A DNA stretch of 64,000 nucleotides from assembly GCA_021372815.1 (NCBI GenBank), contig JAJFTS010000040.1:2543-66542 (forward strand). Reading direction: 5' to 3'. Every line of letters begins with the position of its first letter. The first letter of the stretch is position 1. A program made the position numbers and the translations under genes. The DNA is from Deltaproteobacteria bacterium. GTDB lineage: Bacteria > Desulfobacterota > Syntrophia > Syntrophales > Smithellaceae. The notes below the pieces were generated by a model. It saw only the letters and a list, made by a program, of their open reading frames with translations, was not told the origin of the DNA and ran no database searches. Shown here in pieces: positions 18,836 through 28,542 of the stretch.

Positions 18836-19529
18836 ACTCATACTCCTTATGTTCAATTTCAGTGGTTAGGTTATGAATTACATTTTTTCACTGTTTGCGA
18901 GCAGGTAGAAGAAAATTAAACTGTTCGAAATGTTAAGAATACTCATCCGACTCATTATTTGTCTTTGCTGGGCATCACCTCCTTGATAGGATTTAGGTCG
19001 TTAGGGTGTAAAGTAACATTTTCTTACGGCAATAAATGAAAAGCGACATTAAGTTATCTGGAATATTGATGGTCTTTATTTCCCCATGGCTCCGTCAATT
19101 TATGCGAAAAAATTTTTTAAGACGATGAATTTTCATGAGAAGGATTATTGAAAGGAGACACTTATCCGCAACGATACTATTTTGATTCAACGGAATTGAG
19201 AGGGCGAAGGAGAAAGTGATACTGCTTTTTAATCTGCTCATGGTCTACACAAAATACTTTTGTTGTTTACGCACCATAATAAGAACTGACTTTTAGCAGG
19301 TTTAAGTATAGGAGACAGCGTCTTGTATGTCAAGGGGATTTAGGTCAATGGTGGCATACACAAAATCAACGATATGAAAATGGATTGCGGAAGTCGTACA
19401 TGCACCTTCCGGCCTGTCCTGCCGCCGAAATCCGAATACAGGGCTGAATTCAGGGGAGATAATACTTCATTTAGTCTTTATCCCAAGGCGCTATTCGCGC
19501 GGGATAATTCGACTAACGATTCAAACTTC

Positions 19530-19547
19530 ATCCCGACAAGTCGGGAT
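19530..19547. terminator. stem-loop immediately 3' of AbfD paralogue 2
   Basis: ATCCCGA-caag-TCGGGAT (7-bp stem), 7 nt after the stop codon. The T-run (TCGTTTTC) is on the plus-strand side only. Confidence 0.4.
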
Positions 19548-19553
19548 TCGTTT

Positions 19554-21011
19554 TCAGCGAGTCTCATTAATGCCGGCGATATCTTTGGCCAGTTTCTTTT
19601 TATGTTCCAGGTTGCCCTGGCGGGAAATCATAATCCGCTGGGCCTGAGGCGATCCGGCGCCGTGCATGGATTCGGTGCGATAACCGACCGCGGCTGTCCC
19701 CAAGGTAATATTTTCCACCAGTCTCATGATGCGGCAGCGGTTTTCGGTGGGCACTGAAGCGATTCCCTTAAAATATTTTTCCACGATTTTGCCGATTTCC
19801 GGATGACGCAAATCTTTTTCCGAGGCCATTGTCACCATCAAACCTCCGGCAATATCTTCCGCAATCCGGGCAATCTCATAGGGGAATCGGGTGATGTTTT
19901 GCTTGCAGACATTGGCCAGCAGCAAATCAATCAGATAAGTGCCGGAGGCGGTTTTGTGTCCCTGGGCGGAGCAGGCGATGCCGCAGGAATAAAGCGTTTC
20001 ATTCAAGTGGATCATCTCGATAAGCTTGTCTTTGATATGAGAGGCTTTGGACGCGCCGTTGTAATCGGCAGCGAGCGCCGCCGCGCCGATGAGCACATCG
20101 CCGACGCCGACTTTGCAGCCGCCGTAGCTCTGGCGATGATAACCGGCAAAGCGTTCGACCAGAGGGCCGCTGAATTCATATTCGCCGCACATGAAAACAT
20201 TTTCCCACGGAACAAATAAGTCGTCAAAAATAATCAGGGCTTCATGACCGCCGAACTGATGATTGCCAACGTCGATTTCGCCGCCTTCAAGCTTCCTTGT
20301 GTCGCAGGACTGCCGGCCGTAAATATAGGAAATGCCTTCCGCATCAGCGGGCGCGGCAAAAGAAAGAGCGTAATCGGCGTCGTCTTTGGACATGGCGATA
20401 GTCGGCATCACCAGCACCCAGTGCGAGTTGACGGCGCCTGTCTGGTGCGCTTTGGCGCCGCGTACGACAATGCCGTCCTTTCTTTTTTCCACGACACGCA
20501 TGTAAAGATCAGGGTCGGCCTGACGGCTTGGCGGGAGGCTCCGGTCACCCTTGGGATCGGTCATCGCGCCGTCAACGGTCAAATCCTGTTCTTGCATCAT
20601 TTTCAGGAAGTTAATGAATCTTTCATGATATTGAGTGCCGAGTTTTTTATCCATTTCAAAAGTGACGCTGTCCACGGCGTTGATAGCGTCCATTCCTACG
20701 CAGCGTTGAAAGCAGGACGCAGTCTTTTGTCCCAACAGCCGCTGCATTTTTACTTTTTTGATCAGGTCGTCAGTACTTTGATGCAGATGGCAGAAACGGT
20801 TTATTTTTTCTCCGGTCAAATGAGATTTTGCCGTCATTAAATCTTCATGTTCCGGCTTTTGAGCCAGAGCGTAAGTCATTTTTACGGAATTCATGGAAGG
20901 CCTGATGATCGGGTTATCCACCGGACTTTTTACCAGTTCACCCATCAGATAGACTTTTAAATTCATTTTGCGCAGGCTTTCTTCGTATTGTTCAGCGGTT
21001 TTTAACGCCAT
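19554..21011 (-). CDS. 4-hydroxybutyryl-CoA dehydratase (AbfD)-family enzyme, paralogue 2
   Basis: SHLTGEKINRFCHLHQSTDDL, CFQRCVGMD and HRQSYGGCK. GAGGGGG SD before ATG 21011. Confidence 0.93.
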   Translation of the reverse strand: MALKTAEQYEESLRKMNLKVYLMGELVKSPVDNPIIRPSMNSVKMTYALAQKPEHEDLMTAKSHLTGEKINRFCHLHQSTDDLIKKVKMQRLLGQKTASCFQRCVGMDAINAVDSVTFEMDKKLGTQYHERFINFLKMMQEQDLTVDGAMTDPKGDRSLPPSRQADPDLYMRVVEKRKDGIVVRGAKAHQTGAVNSHWVLVMPTIAMSKDDADYALSFAAPADAEGISYIYGRQSCDTRKLEGGEIDVGNHQFGGHEALIIFDDLFVPWENVFMCGEYEFSGPLVERFAGYHRQSYGGCKVGVGDVLIGAAALAADYNGASKASHIKDKLIEMIHLNETLYSCGIACSAQGHKTASGTYLIDLLLANVCKQNITRFPYEIARIAEDIAGGLMVTMASEKDLRHPEIGKIVEKYFKGIASVPTENRCRIMRLVENITLGTAAVGYRTESMHGAGSPQAQRIMISRQGNLEHKKKLAKDIAGINETR

Positions 21012-21284
21012 TTTTGAATACCCCCTCAAAATTCCAAGTTTATTTAATATCATCAACTGTGCAAGAAAAAGTAATTTATAAAATAACTGCCGATATTACG
21101 ATCTGGAGATGGATTTTATCATAAACTAATATTTTATCGGGGAAAATTCAAGGCTATTTGAAAACATATTTGTTTAAAATTTGACAAATCAAACAGTCCA
21201 TTTTTTCATAATAGCCCCGTCCAGCTTGCCGGATAACGTTTCGTTACCCGGTCCGTATCCGAATCTTTTGTTTTTATTATTTTC

Positions 21285-21313
21285 TTGACATATAAAATTT
21301 GGCTTTTTATACT
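21285..21313 (+). promoter_or_regulatory. near-consensus sigma70 promoter
   Basis: TTGACA (21285-21290), 17 nt, TATACT (21308-21313), in a 923-bp AT-rich spacer. Confidence 0.5.
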
Positions 21314-21379
21314 TTCATATCTCGCCTTTAGTTTATTTACATGAAAAAAATGGATCACCATAAATGAAGGAGGTGTCTT

Positions 21380-21472
21380 ATGGTCAAAATTAAGGAAAGA
21401 CGAAAATTCAATTGGGTAATGCTGGTTATATTGTTGATGATTTGTGCCATAATTTTATACAGAATAATATAA
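21380..21472 (+). CDS. 30-aa single-TM peptide (MVKIKERRKFNWVMLVILLMICAIILYRII)
   Basis: Strong SD AAGGAGGTG at 21367-21375, 4 nt before the ATG. Basic N-terminus followed by one hydrophobic helix. About 60 nt downstream of the predicted TSS. Confidence 0.4.
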   Translation: MVKIKERRKFNWVMLVILLMICAIILYRII

Positions 21473-21979
21473 ATAGCTGCCGCCCGTATGTTGAAAAGGG
21501 ACAATTTTATTGTGAGACTCAAATTTCAAAAACGATTACCCTAAATACCCTGAAGGGCACCATGGGGGCACTATAGGTGCACTGAAACTTGCAGGCCGAA
21601 TTATCCTGCATAAGCATGGATATAATACCCCGCAGCTTGCTGCGTAATTGTTTCCAAAGCTTGCTTTGGGGTCCATACCCGTGATTTGAAAACGGCTTAG
21701 CTGTTTTTATAAGCACCGGCTGTTTATTATGTAAATGTTTAAATTCCCTAAATTTATTTTCATACTTAATGATGTCGTGTCTTCGGGTGACAGCTTAAAC
21801 CGGAAGCATACAAAAAACATTGTACAAATCTCTTGCCTTAAAGTAATCACAATTTTTAAATTAAACTTAATATTGCCTATTTGCTGTTTTTAAGATAGCT
21901 TTTGAAAATGACAAGGCAGAGAAATCATTGCGTGCCAGCGCTTTGGTTTGTCAATAAAATGTGAAAGGAAATATAGAAT

Positions 21980-22705
21980 ATGTCTATCATGAATTGGACC
22001 AAAGACGAAACAGTAGCGATTATTACCTTAACCAATGGTGAGAACAGACAGAATCTGGTGTTTTCCAAAACACTGAACGCCATGCTGGATGAAATAATTG
22101 CCGACAAAACAATAACCGCATTAATTATTACGTCCGATGACGCGAAGAACTTTTCCCAGGGAATAGACGTTACCTGGATTATGGGACAACTGGAGAAAAA
22201 TGATCATCAGCCCGTTAATGACTTCATTAATGAGATGGATAATGTATTTAAAAAACTTCTTCTCTATCCGGTGCCGGTCATTGCGGCGATCAACGGCCAT
22301 GCTTTCGGCAACGGTTCGATATTAACCTGTGCCTGCGATTTTCGCTTTATGCGTTCAGATAAAGGTTTCTTCTGCTTTCCGGAAGTCAACATCAGTATTC
22401 CTTTCCGGTGGGGCATGAACGCTTTTGTTAAAAAAGCAATTCCCATCCACCTGTTATCTCAGATGCAGTTGACTGGAAATCGTTTCACCGCGCCCGAACT
22501 GGAAAAGAATAACATCATTGTCAAGGCCTGTGCCGATCAGGAAGACCTGATGGCCACCACGATAGCCTTTGCCAAGACGTTCCAGAAGAAACGGAGCATT
22601 TTCGGTGAAATGAAAAGAAGACTGTACAACGACATTATTAAAGTATTGGACGACGACTTTATGCCGCCGACAGGAAAAATTACTTCTCTGGTCATGCTGG
22701 ATTAG
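21980..22705 (+). CDS. enoyl-CoA hydratase/isomerase (crotonase) family protein
   Basis: 241 aa. AIITLTNGENRQN and AAINGHAFGNG (oxyanion-hole region). Confidence 0.9.
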   Translation: MSIMNWTKDETVAIITLTNGENRQNLVFSKTLNAMLDEIIADKTITALIITSDDAKNFSQGIDVTWIMGQLEKNDHQPVNDFINEMDNVFKKLLLYPVPVIAAINGHAFGNGSILTCACDFRFMRSDKGFFCFPEVNISIPFRWGMNAFVKKAIPIHLLSQMQLTGNRFTAPELEKNNIIVKACADQEDLMATTIAFAKTFQKKRSIFGEMKRRLYNDIIKVLDDDFMPPTGKITSLVMLD

Positions 22706-22754
22706 AACGTAAAAAGAGATTCGTTACAACGACTGAAATGAAAGAGGTACGATA

Positions 22755-23744
22755 ATGATGAAAACAGCCATTACCGAAATGTTCGGCATAAAATATCCGA
22801 TTATCTGCGGCGCAATGATGTGGCTTTGCAAACCTCAGCTCTGCGCGGCCGTATCCAATGCCGGGGGGATGGGAAACCTGACCGCCGGAAATTATGCCAC
22901 GGAAGAAGAATTTCGAGAAGCCATTAAACAAACAAGAAAACTGACGGACAAACCTTTCATGGTGAATGTGACCATTCTGCCTTCGGTGCATATCACGGCC
23001 GAACATCACAAAATGTATTTGCGCGTTTGCGCTGAAGAAAAGGTCGCCGGTCTGGAAATATCCGGTACGCCTTTGGACAAGGCGGCGGGTAAAGAATTCA
23101 TCGATCTTCTGAAAAAAGCCGGAGTGAAACTTTTCCACAAGGTGGGATCGGTGCGTCACGCCGTGCACGCCGAGAAAGCCGGTTATGACGGAATTTACGC
23201 CGCGGGCATCGAAGAGGGCGGTCATCCGCTCGATGACGATGTGACGACAATGGTGCTCACACCGCGCATTGCCGAAACGGTGAAGATTCCTGTTGTGACC
23301 GTGGGAGGTGTTTCCGACGGCCGTACCTTTGCGGCGGCGCTTGCTCTTGGTGCTCAGGCGGTGATGATGGCGACCCGCTTCGTTGCCACAAAGGAATGTG
23401 AGGTTCACGACAACATTAAACAGGAACTCATTAAACGGCAGGAATATGAAACCGCGTTGATCTGCAAATCAATCGGTTTGCAGGGACGGGCGATAAAAAA
23501 CAAGATCGTGGAACAGGTTTTAGCCGTGGAAGCAAAGGGCGGCGGTCTGGAGCAGCTTATTCCGCTGATTGCCGGACAAAGAGTTAAAGAAGCATGGGAA
23601 TTCGGCGATGTCGATTCCGCTCCCATGATGATGGGACAATCGGTAGGATTGGTCAAGGATATTCCCACCTGCAAGGAGCTGATGGAAAGAATCGTGGCGG
23701 AAGCCAAAGCGGATATTGAACGCGTAGAAAATATATTTAAATAA
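22755..23744 (+). CDS. nitronate monooxygenase / FabK-like FMN-dependent enoyl reductase family protein
   Basis: FGIKYPIICGAMMW...VSNAGGMGNL and TIM-barrel FMN motifs. AAGAGGT SD. Confidence 0.9.
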   Translation: MMKTAITEMFGIKYPIICGAMMWLCKPQLCAAVSNAGGMGNLTAGNYATEEEFREAIKQTRKLTDKPFMVNVTILPSVHITAEHHKMYLRVCAEEKVAGLEISGTPLDKAAGKEFIDLLKKAGVKLFHKVGSVRHAVHAEKAGYDGIYAAGIEEGGHPLDDDVTTMVLTPRIAETVKIPVVTVGGVSDGRTFAAALALGAQAVMMATRFVATKECEVHDNIKQELIKRQEYETALICKSIGLQGRAIKNKIVEQVLAVEAKGGGLEQLIPLIAGQRVKEAWEFGDVDSAPMMMGQSVGLVKDIPTCKELMERIVAEAKADIERVENIFK

Positions 23745-23778
23745 AAGTTCAACGCTAAAAATCATTACGGCACGTCCT

Positions 23779-23822
23779 CAGGGAGATGCAAATGTTCATT
23801 TGCATCTCCCTGATTATTTTTG
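23779..23822 (+). terminator. rho-independent terminator
   Basis: 16-bp perfect stem CAGGGAGATGCAAATG / CATTTGCATCTCCCTG followed by ATTATTTTTG. 35 nt after the stop at 23744. Confidence 0.8.
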
Positions 23823-23945
23823 TCTGATCTACTGCAATTTTTCTTATCCTCGGCGCAATAAACGACATTTATATAAATTCGTCTCCTGCGTGGACGGATA
23901 TTTTCTGAAACAGTCTGAAAATAATTTTGCGGCGAGGTCATGGCC

Positions 23946-24281
23946 TTAAAACCGTTGTCTGATTTGATTGGAAATCGAATACCACTTCTGGACGTTGTTT
24001 TCGAGCCGGTAATAGTGAAAAAGGTAAGCCACTGATAAAATCAGCAGAATCGCTAAAAGAATCATCGACGGCAGGGAAGATCGCATAACCGTGAATCCGA
24101 AAACAAGCAATGTGAAAAAACAGACAAAAAGCATGACAATAAGATGCACCAGCCTTTCATGCTGCATCCACTGAATCTGCTGATTATGATAAGCGAAAAG
24201 TTCTTTTAGTTTTTCTTTATCAGGATTTTTTTCCAGCGCTTCGCGTACATAACTTTCATGTTTTTTCATGTAGTCGATCAT
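23946..24281 (-). CDS. hypothetical membrane protein (2 TM)
   Basis: GAAGGAAA SD. Charged N-terminal helix, then two hydrophobic helices. No recognisable family. Confidence 0.6.
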   Translation of the reverse strand: MIDYMKKHESYVREALEKNPDKEKLKELFAYHNQQIQWMQHERLVHLIVMLFVCFFTLLVFGFTVMRSSLPSMILLAILLILSVAYLFHYYRLENNVQKWYSISNQIRQRF

Positions 24282-24528
24282 TTTATTTCCTTCGGAAAAT
24301 CTTTATATTTTTGAAAATTTTACCATATTCCGGAGAAAAATATAGCTGTCTTTTTGCGTTATGATTTCATCCGCAGGGATATTATTAAAGGAGGTTTATG
24401 CCCGGAAGGTTCTATTTCGTTGACACGAAATATCATTCCCCATATACTCCCTTGGGCAAAAAATTAGAAATTTGCTCTGGTAGTGAATATTTTTTTACAT
24501 AGAATGCAGAAAGGAAGATATTTGTAAA

Positions 24529-25686
24529 ATGTACGATTTTGTCGTGGTTGGCGCCGGTCTTTTCGGAGCGGTTTTCGCGCATGAAGTAAAAAAAGCCGGG
24601 AAAAAAGTTCTGGTGATTGAAAAACGCGACCATATCGGCGGGAACTGCTATTCCTACGATGATCCCGAAACGGATATCAATATTCACAAATACGGTCCTC
24701 ATATTTTTCACACCCCTGACAAAAGGATCTGGAATTATATCAATACATTTGCCGATTTTAATAATTATCAGCACCGGGTGCTGACCACCGCAGGCGGGAA
24801 GGTTTATTCTCTGCCGATCAATCTGGCGACGATTAATCAGTTTTATAATCTGAATTTAACACCGGCCGAAGCCGCGGAATTTTTAAAATCCAAAACGTCG
24901 AATATTGCCTCTCCTCAAAATCTGGAGGATAAGGCAGTCAGCCTTATCGGTCGGGAACTCTACGAGGCGTTCATCAAAGGCTACACAATCAAACAATGGA
25001 ATTGCGATCCGGTTGAGCTTCCCGCTGAAGTGATCACACGACTTCCGGTGAGAACTTCATACAATGACATTTATTACCACGATAATTATCAGGGGATGCC
25101 GGTAGGGGGTTATGAACCGATTTTTGAAAAATTACTGGAAAATGTGCCGCTGGAACTGGAAACCGATTTTTTTGAAAAGAGAGATTATTGGAAGTCAGTT
25201 GCCGGAACGCTTGTTTATACCGGCCCGATAGACCGTTATTTTGATTACCGCTGGGGAAATCTGCGCTGGAGATCCTGTCGGTTTGAAATGGAAAGAATGT
25301 CTTTAAATGATTATCAGGGCGTCAGTGTCATGAACTATGCGGATCGGGACGTGCCTTACACACGCATTCTGGAACCGAAACATTTTTATCGCGAGCGGGC
25401 GCATTTATCGCGGGGGACGGTTATCATCAGAGAATATCCCTGCGATGATCCGGCCCAACCTTATTATCCGGTGCGATTAAAAACGGATCAGGAGATACTG
25501 GCAAAATATCAGGAAGCACAGAGTCGGGAAAAGGACGTTGTATTCGGCGGCCGGCTTGCCGAGTACAAATATTATGACATGTGGCAGGTAATTTCCCGGG
25601 CTTTGGAACAAGCCGGAAAGATATTGCAGGGACGCTCTTCGTCCGGCAGAACAAAATCAAGGCAGCTTCTGCCTGCGGAAGATTAA
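24529..25686 (+). CDS. glf: UDP-galactopyranose mutase
   Basis: N-terminal FAD fold YDFVVVGAGLFGAVFAHE...IGGNCYS, plus length and internal motifs typical of Glf. Confidence 0.92.
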   Translation: MYDFVVVGAGLFGAVFAHEVKKAGKKVLVIEKRDHIGGNCYSYDDPETDINIHKYGPHIFHTPDKRIWNYINTFADFNNYQHRVLTTAGGKVYSLPINLATINQFYNLNLTPAEAAEFLKSKTSNIASPQNLEDKAVSLIGRELYEAFIKGYTIKQWNCDPVELPAEVITRLPVRTSYNDIYYHDNYQGMPVGGYEPIFEKLLENVPLELETDFFEKRDYWKSVAGTLVYTGPIDRYFDYRWGNLRWRSCRFEMERMSLNDYQGVSVMNYADRDVPYTRILEPKHFYRERAHLSRGTVIIREYPCDDPAQPYYPVRLKTDQEILAKYQEAQSREKDVVFGGRLAEYKYYDMWQVISRALEQAGKILQGRSSSGRTKSRQLLPAED

Positions 25687-25827
25687 ATAAAATATCTTTA
25701 CACAAAATAACCTTCTCCATATACTCTGTTTGTAAAAGGAATTGCTTGTCAAATTCCGGAATTCAGAATTATATTGGCGATAGATGCCGGGTCACAAAGA
25801 TAAAAATATTATCAAGTGAGGTGCGTT

Positions 25828-26298
25828 ATGGCAGAAAAAACTATCATCAAATTGGGCAAGACGGTCAAAAACTTTACATTGCAGGATCAATTCGGGCAGG
25901 ATTTTGTCCTTTCCAAAATGAAAGGCCGTCGCATACTGTTGTCTTTTCATCCACTGGCCTGGACACCTGTGTGTGCCAGGCAGATGCAATCGCTTGAAAA
26001 GAACAAGAAAGTATTCGACAAGCTCAATACAATTGCTGTCGGCTTGAGTGTGGACAGTGTTCCCTGTAAAGCCGCTTGGGCCAAAACTTTGAAAATAAAA
26101 CATACAAAACTTCTGGCGGATTTCTGGCCTCACGGAGGGGTCGCCAGGAACCTCGGGCTTCTCCGAGAAAGGGATGGTATCTCACAACGGGCCAACGTCG
26201 TTCTCGACGAGGCGAAAAAGGTTTGTTTTGTCAAGGTCTATCCCATATCGGAGCTGCCGGACATTGGTGAAATTATCACTTTTTTGAAAAATTTATAG
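25828..26298 (+). CDS. peroxiredoxin (AhpC/TSA-Bcp-like)
   Basis: P-x3-T-x2-C peroxidatic motif (HPLAWTPVC). GAGGTG precedes ATG 25828. Confidence 0.88.
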   Translation: MAEKTIIKLGKTVKNFTLQDQFGQDFVLSKMKGRRILLSFHPLAWTPVCARQMQSLEKNKKVFDKLNTIAVGLSVDSVPCKAAWAKTLKIKHTKLLADFWPHGGVARNLGLLRERDGISQRANVVLDEAKKVCFVKVYPISELPDIGEIITFLKNL

Positions 26299-26356
26299 AA
26301 GATATCCGAAAAAACGAATATATTTCCACCAAAAAATATAAGGAGGAGACAATATA

Positions 26357-26644
26357 ATGATTACACTGATTGCAACGTTAAAAGTCAAAGAAGGACAAAT
26401 GGAGAAGGCTATTGAAACTTTGAAAGAAATTGTTCCTAAAGTCAAGGCGAGCGAACCGGGATGCCTGGAATATATTCCGCACACGGTGCGCGGCGATGAA
26501 AAGACCATTATTTTTTATGAGAAATACAGCGATAAGGACGCGCTGAAACTGCATTCCGCCAATTTGATGAAAAACATGGAAAGTCTTTTTCCTCTGCTGG
26601 AGCCGGGCATGGATATTAAAACATGTTACGAGATTATCAGCTGA
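26357..26644 (+). CDS. antibiotic-biosynthesis-monooxygenase (ABM) domain protein
   Basis: 95 aa. A ferredoxin-like ABM pattern (MITLIATLKVKEG...FYEKYSDKDALKLH). AAGGAGGAG SD. Confidence 0.85.
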   Translation: MITLIATLKVKEGQMEKAIETLKEIVPKVKASEPGCLEYIPHTVRGDEKTIIFYEKYSDKDALKLHSANLMKNMESLFPLLEPGMDIKTCYEIIS

Positions 26645-26729
26645 TTTTATCCCTGTCAGATCATTGAAACGCCATATCTGTTGACAGCTCAACTCTAAGT
26701 CTGAATGTGCGAAAAGAACCGGAGGATGG

Positions 26730-28463
26730 ATGGATTTTGTTAGAGGTCTCAAGGCGCTCAAAGGTGTAAATCTGTTAAGAATGTCCACAACCATTGCGAA
26801 GCTTTTGTATTTTCGCCTGACGTGGACGAAACGGGATTTGGATTACTTGCCGTCTGGCCTGGGGCCGAAGTTTATCAGCGCCCGCCAGGCGGCCAAAATG
26901 ATTCCGGATGGAGCAACAATCACCATCGGCGGTTTCGCGTCCGTCGGGCGCGCATCCATTTTTTACTGGGCATTGCGTAACTCGTTTGAGCGGACAGGTC
27001 ATCCCCGTAATCTAACGGTGATCGGAGCCTGCCCGCAGGGCGGACGCGGTATGGCGCCCGGTACGATTGAAGAACTTGATGCGCCGGGAATCATTACCCG
27101 TTATATCGTCGGACATGGCGAGACCGCCAAGGCGCTCCTGCGACTGGCCGATGAAGGAAAACTTGAGCTGCACACCATGTCTCAGGGAACCCTGGCGTTT
27201 TTGATCGAAGCCCAGGCAAAAAATATCAATGCCATCGAAACGCATATCGGACTGGGTACTTTTCTTGATCCCGCAGTGGGCAACGGTTCGGCCGTATCTC
27301 CCGGAGCAGGGGATAATTTCATCAAAATCAGGAATGGCAAGTTGGACTATCATATTCCTCAGATTGAACGGGCGCTGTTTCTTGCGCCATATGCCGATAA
27401 TGAGGGCAATATCTACTTTACTGATGCCGCATTGGTGCTGGATTATAAGGATGCGGCAGCCGCCGCACGCGCAAACGGCGGCAAGGTTATCGTATCGGTA
27501 TCCAAAATCATACCCAAAGATAATTCCCAAATCGCCATTCCTGCCGATAAAGTAGATGCAATCGTAATCAATCCGCGCAACGAGCAGGTGGGGGGTGTGT
27601 TTCAGACGGAATATCGGCCGTATTTTACTGCCCGTTCAACCGAGGTTGATCATGAGGCCGTCAAACTCATGAAATCCATCAATGCCTTTATAGAAATCAC
27701 ACCCTACCGCGGCAAGGTGGCGGATATCCTTGCACGTCTGTGCGCAGATACTTTCGTCAAAAACACCAGCCCCGGTGCAGTGGTGAATATCGGCATCGGC
27801 ATCGGCGAGGAAGTTGCACGCATGATTTATGAATTCGGGTTATACAAAGATATTATTTTTACCGCCGAAGGCGGGGCATACGGCGGTCTGCCCGCGGCAG
27901 GCGTTTATTTCGGAGCGGCCATCAGCCCGCAGCGTCTTTTGAGCACAGCGGAAATGTTTCATCTTTATGAAGAGAACCTGGGAACCAGTGTCCTGGGATT
28001 TCTGCAGGTGGATTCGGAGGGAAATGTTAACGTATCTCATCGCGGTCCGAAGATGATTGATTTTGTCGGGCCGGGAGGTTTTACGGACATCGTTGAATAT
28101 TCGAGGACGATTATTTTCGTGGGAAACTGGATGGATAAGACCAAATATAATTTGAAGAACGGCCTGGTGAGCATCAAAAAACCGGGCACACTAAAGTTTG
28201 TCGATAAGGTGGATAAAATAACCTTCAACGCCGGGGAAGCGCTGAAAGCGGGTAAACGGGTATTTTATGTTACAACGGTCGGTATATTCAAACTGACACC
28301 GGAAGGTCTTGAACTGATTCAACTCATGCCCGGTATTGATATCCAAAAAGATATCGTTGGCGCCGGTGGTGCCCGTTTTATTATTCCCGAGCACACGGTG
28401 CCCTATGTCGCGCCTGAAATCGTAAGCGGAAAAGGTTTTGATCTTAAGTTTGAAAATACGTAA
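26730..28463 (+). CDS. family-I acyl-CoA:carboxylate CoA-transferase (fused A/B subunits, Pct/YdiF-like)
   Basis: ISARQAAKMIPDGATITIGGF N-terminal motif. Catalytic-Glu region FTAEGGAYGGLPA. About 45 aa of N-terminal extension relative to the usual start, so the start is uncertain. Confidence 0.88.
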   Translation: MDFVRGLKALKGVNLLRMSTTIAKLLYFRLTWTKRDLDYLPSGLGPKFISARQAAKMIPDGATITIGGFASVGRASIFYWALRNSFERTGHPRNLTVIGACPQGGRGMAPGTIEELDAPGIITRYIVGHGETAKALLRLADEGKLELHTMSQGTLAFLIEAQAKNINAIETHIGLGTFLDPAVGNGSAVSPGAGDNFIKIRNGKLDYHIPQIERALFLAPYADNEGNIYFTDAALVLDYKDAAAAARANGGKVIVSVSKIIPKDNSQIAIPADKVDAIVINPRNEQVGGVFQTEYRPYFTARSTEVDHEAVKLMKSINAFIEITPYRGKVADILARLCADTFVKNTSPGAVVNIGIGIGEEVARMIYEFGLYKDIIFTAEGGAYGGLPAAGVYFGAAISPQRLLSTAEMFHLYEENLGTSVLGFLQVDSEGNVNVSHRGPKMIDFVGPGGFTDIVEYSRTIIFVGNWMDKTKYNLKNGLVSIKKPGTLKFVDKVDKITFNAGEALKAGKRVFYVTTVGIFKLTPEGLELIQLMPGIDIQKDIVGAGGARFIIPEHTVPYVAPEIVSGKGFDLKFENT

Positions 28464-28542
28464 GATTAATTTATGATGGTCATAAAAAAAGAAAGAGAAA
28501 AATCATCCTCTCTTCTCATTATTTTATATTGATGTCTGGTTT

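Noticed and set aside
18989-19346. 11-mer GGATTTAGGTC repeated at 18989-18999 and 19336-19346 in the 697-bp spacer upstream of the flavoprotein gene.
   Set aside because: - Repeated 11-mers are expected hundreds of times in 64 kb.
- Even restricted to this spacer the chance probability is only about 0.06.
- The flanks match weakly, so there is not enough support for a regulatory repeat.
21519-21716. 65-aa minus-strand ORF, and a sigma54-like GGCAC-N5-GTGCA at 21567-21581.
   Set aside because: - The ORF has no SD and coincides with the hairpin-rich stretch.
- The sigma54-like element is about 400 nt from the next start codon.
- No enhancer-binding protein gene is in the window.
- It is kept only as a remark inside the finding at 21285-21720.
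28464-28542. Possible bidirectional terminator between the convergent CoA-transferase and acyl-CoA synthetase beta genes (GAAAGAGA...TCTCTTCT).
   Set aside because: - The arms pair only imperfectly.
- There is no clear T-run on either side, so it is too weak to call.
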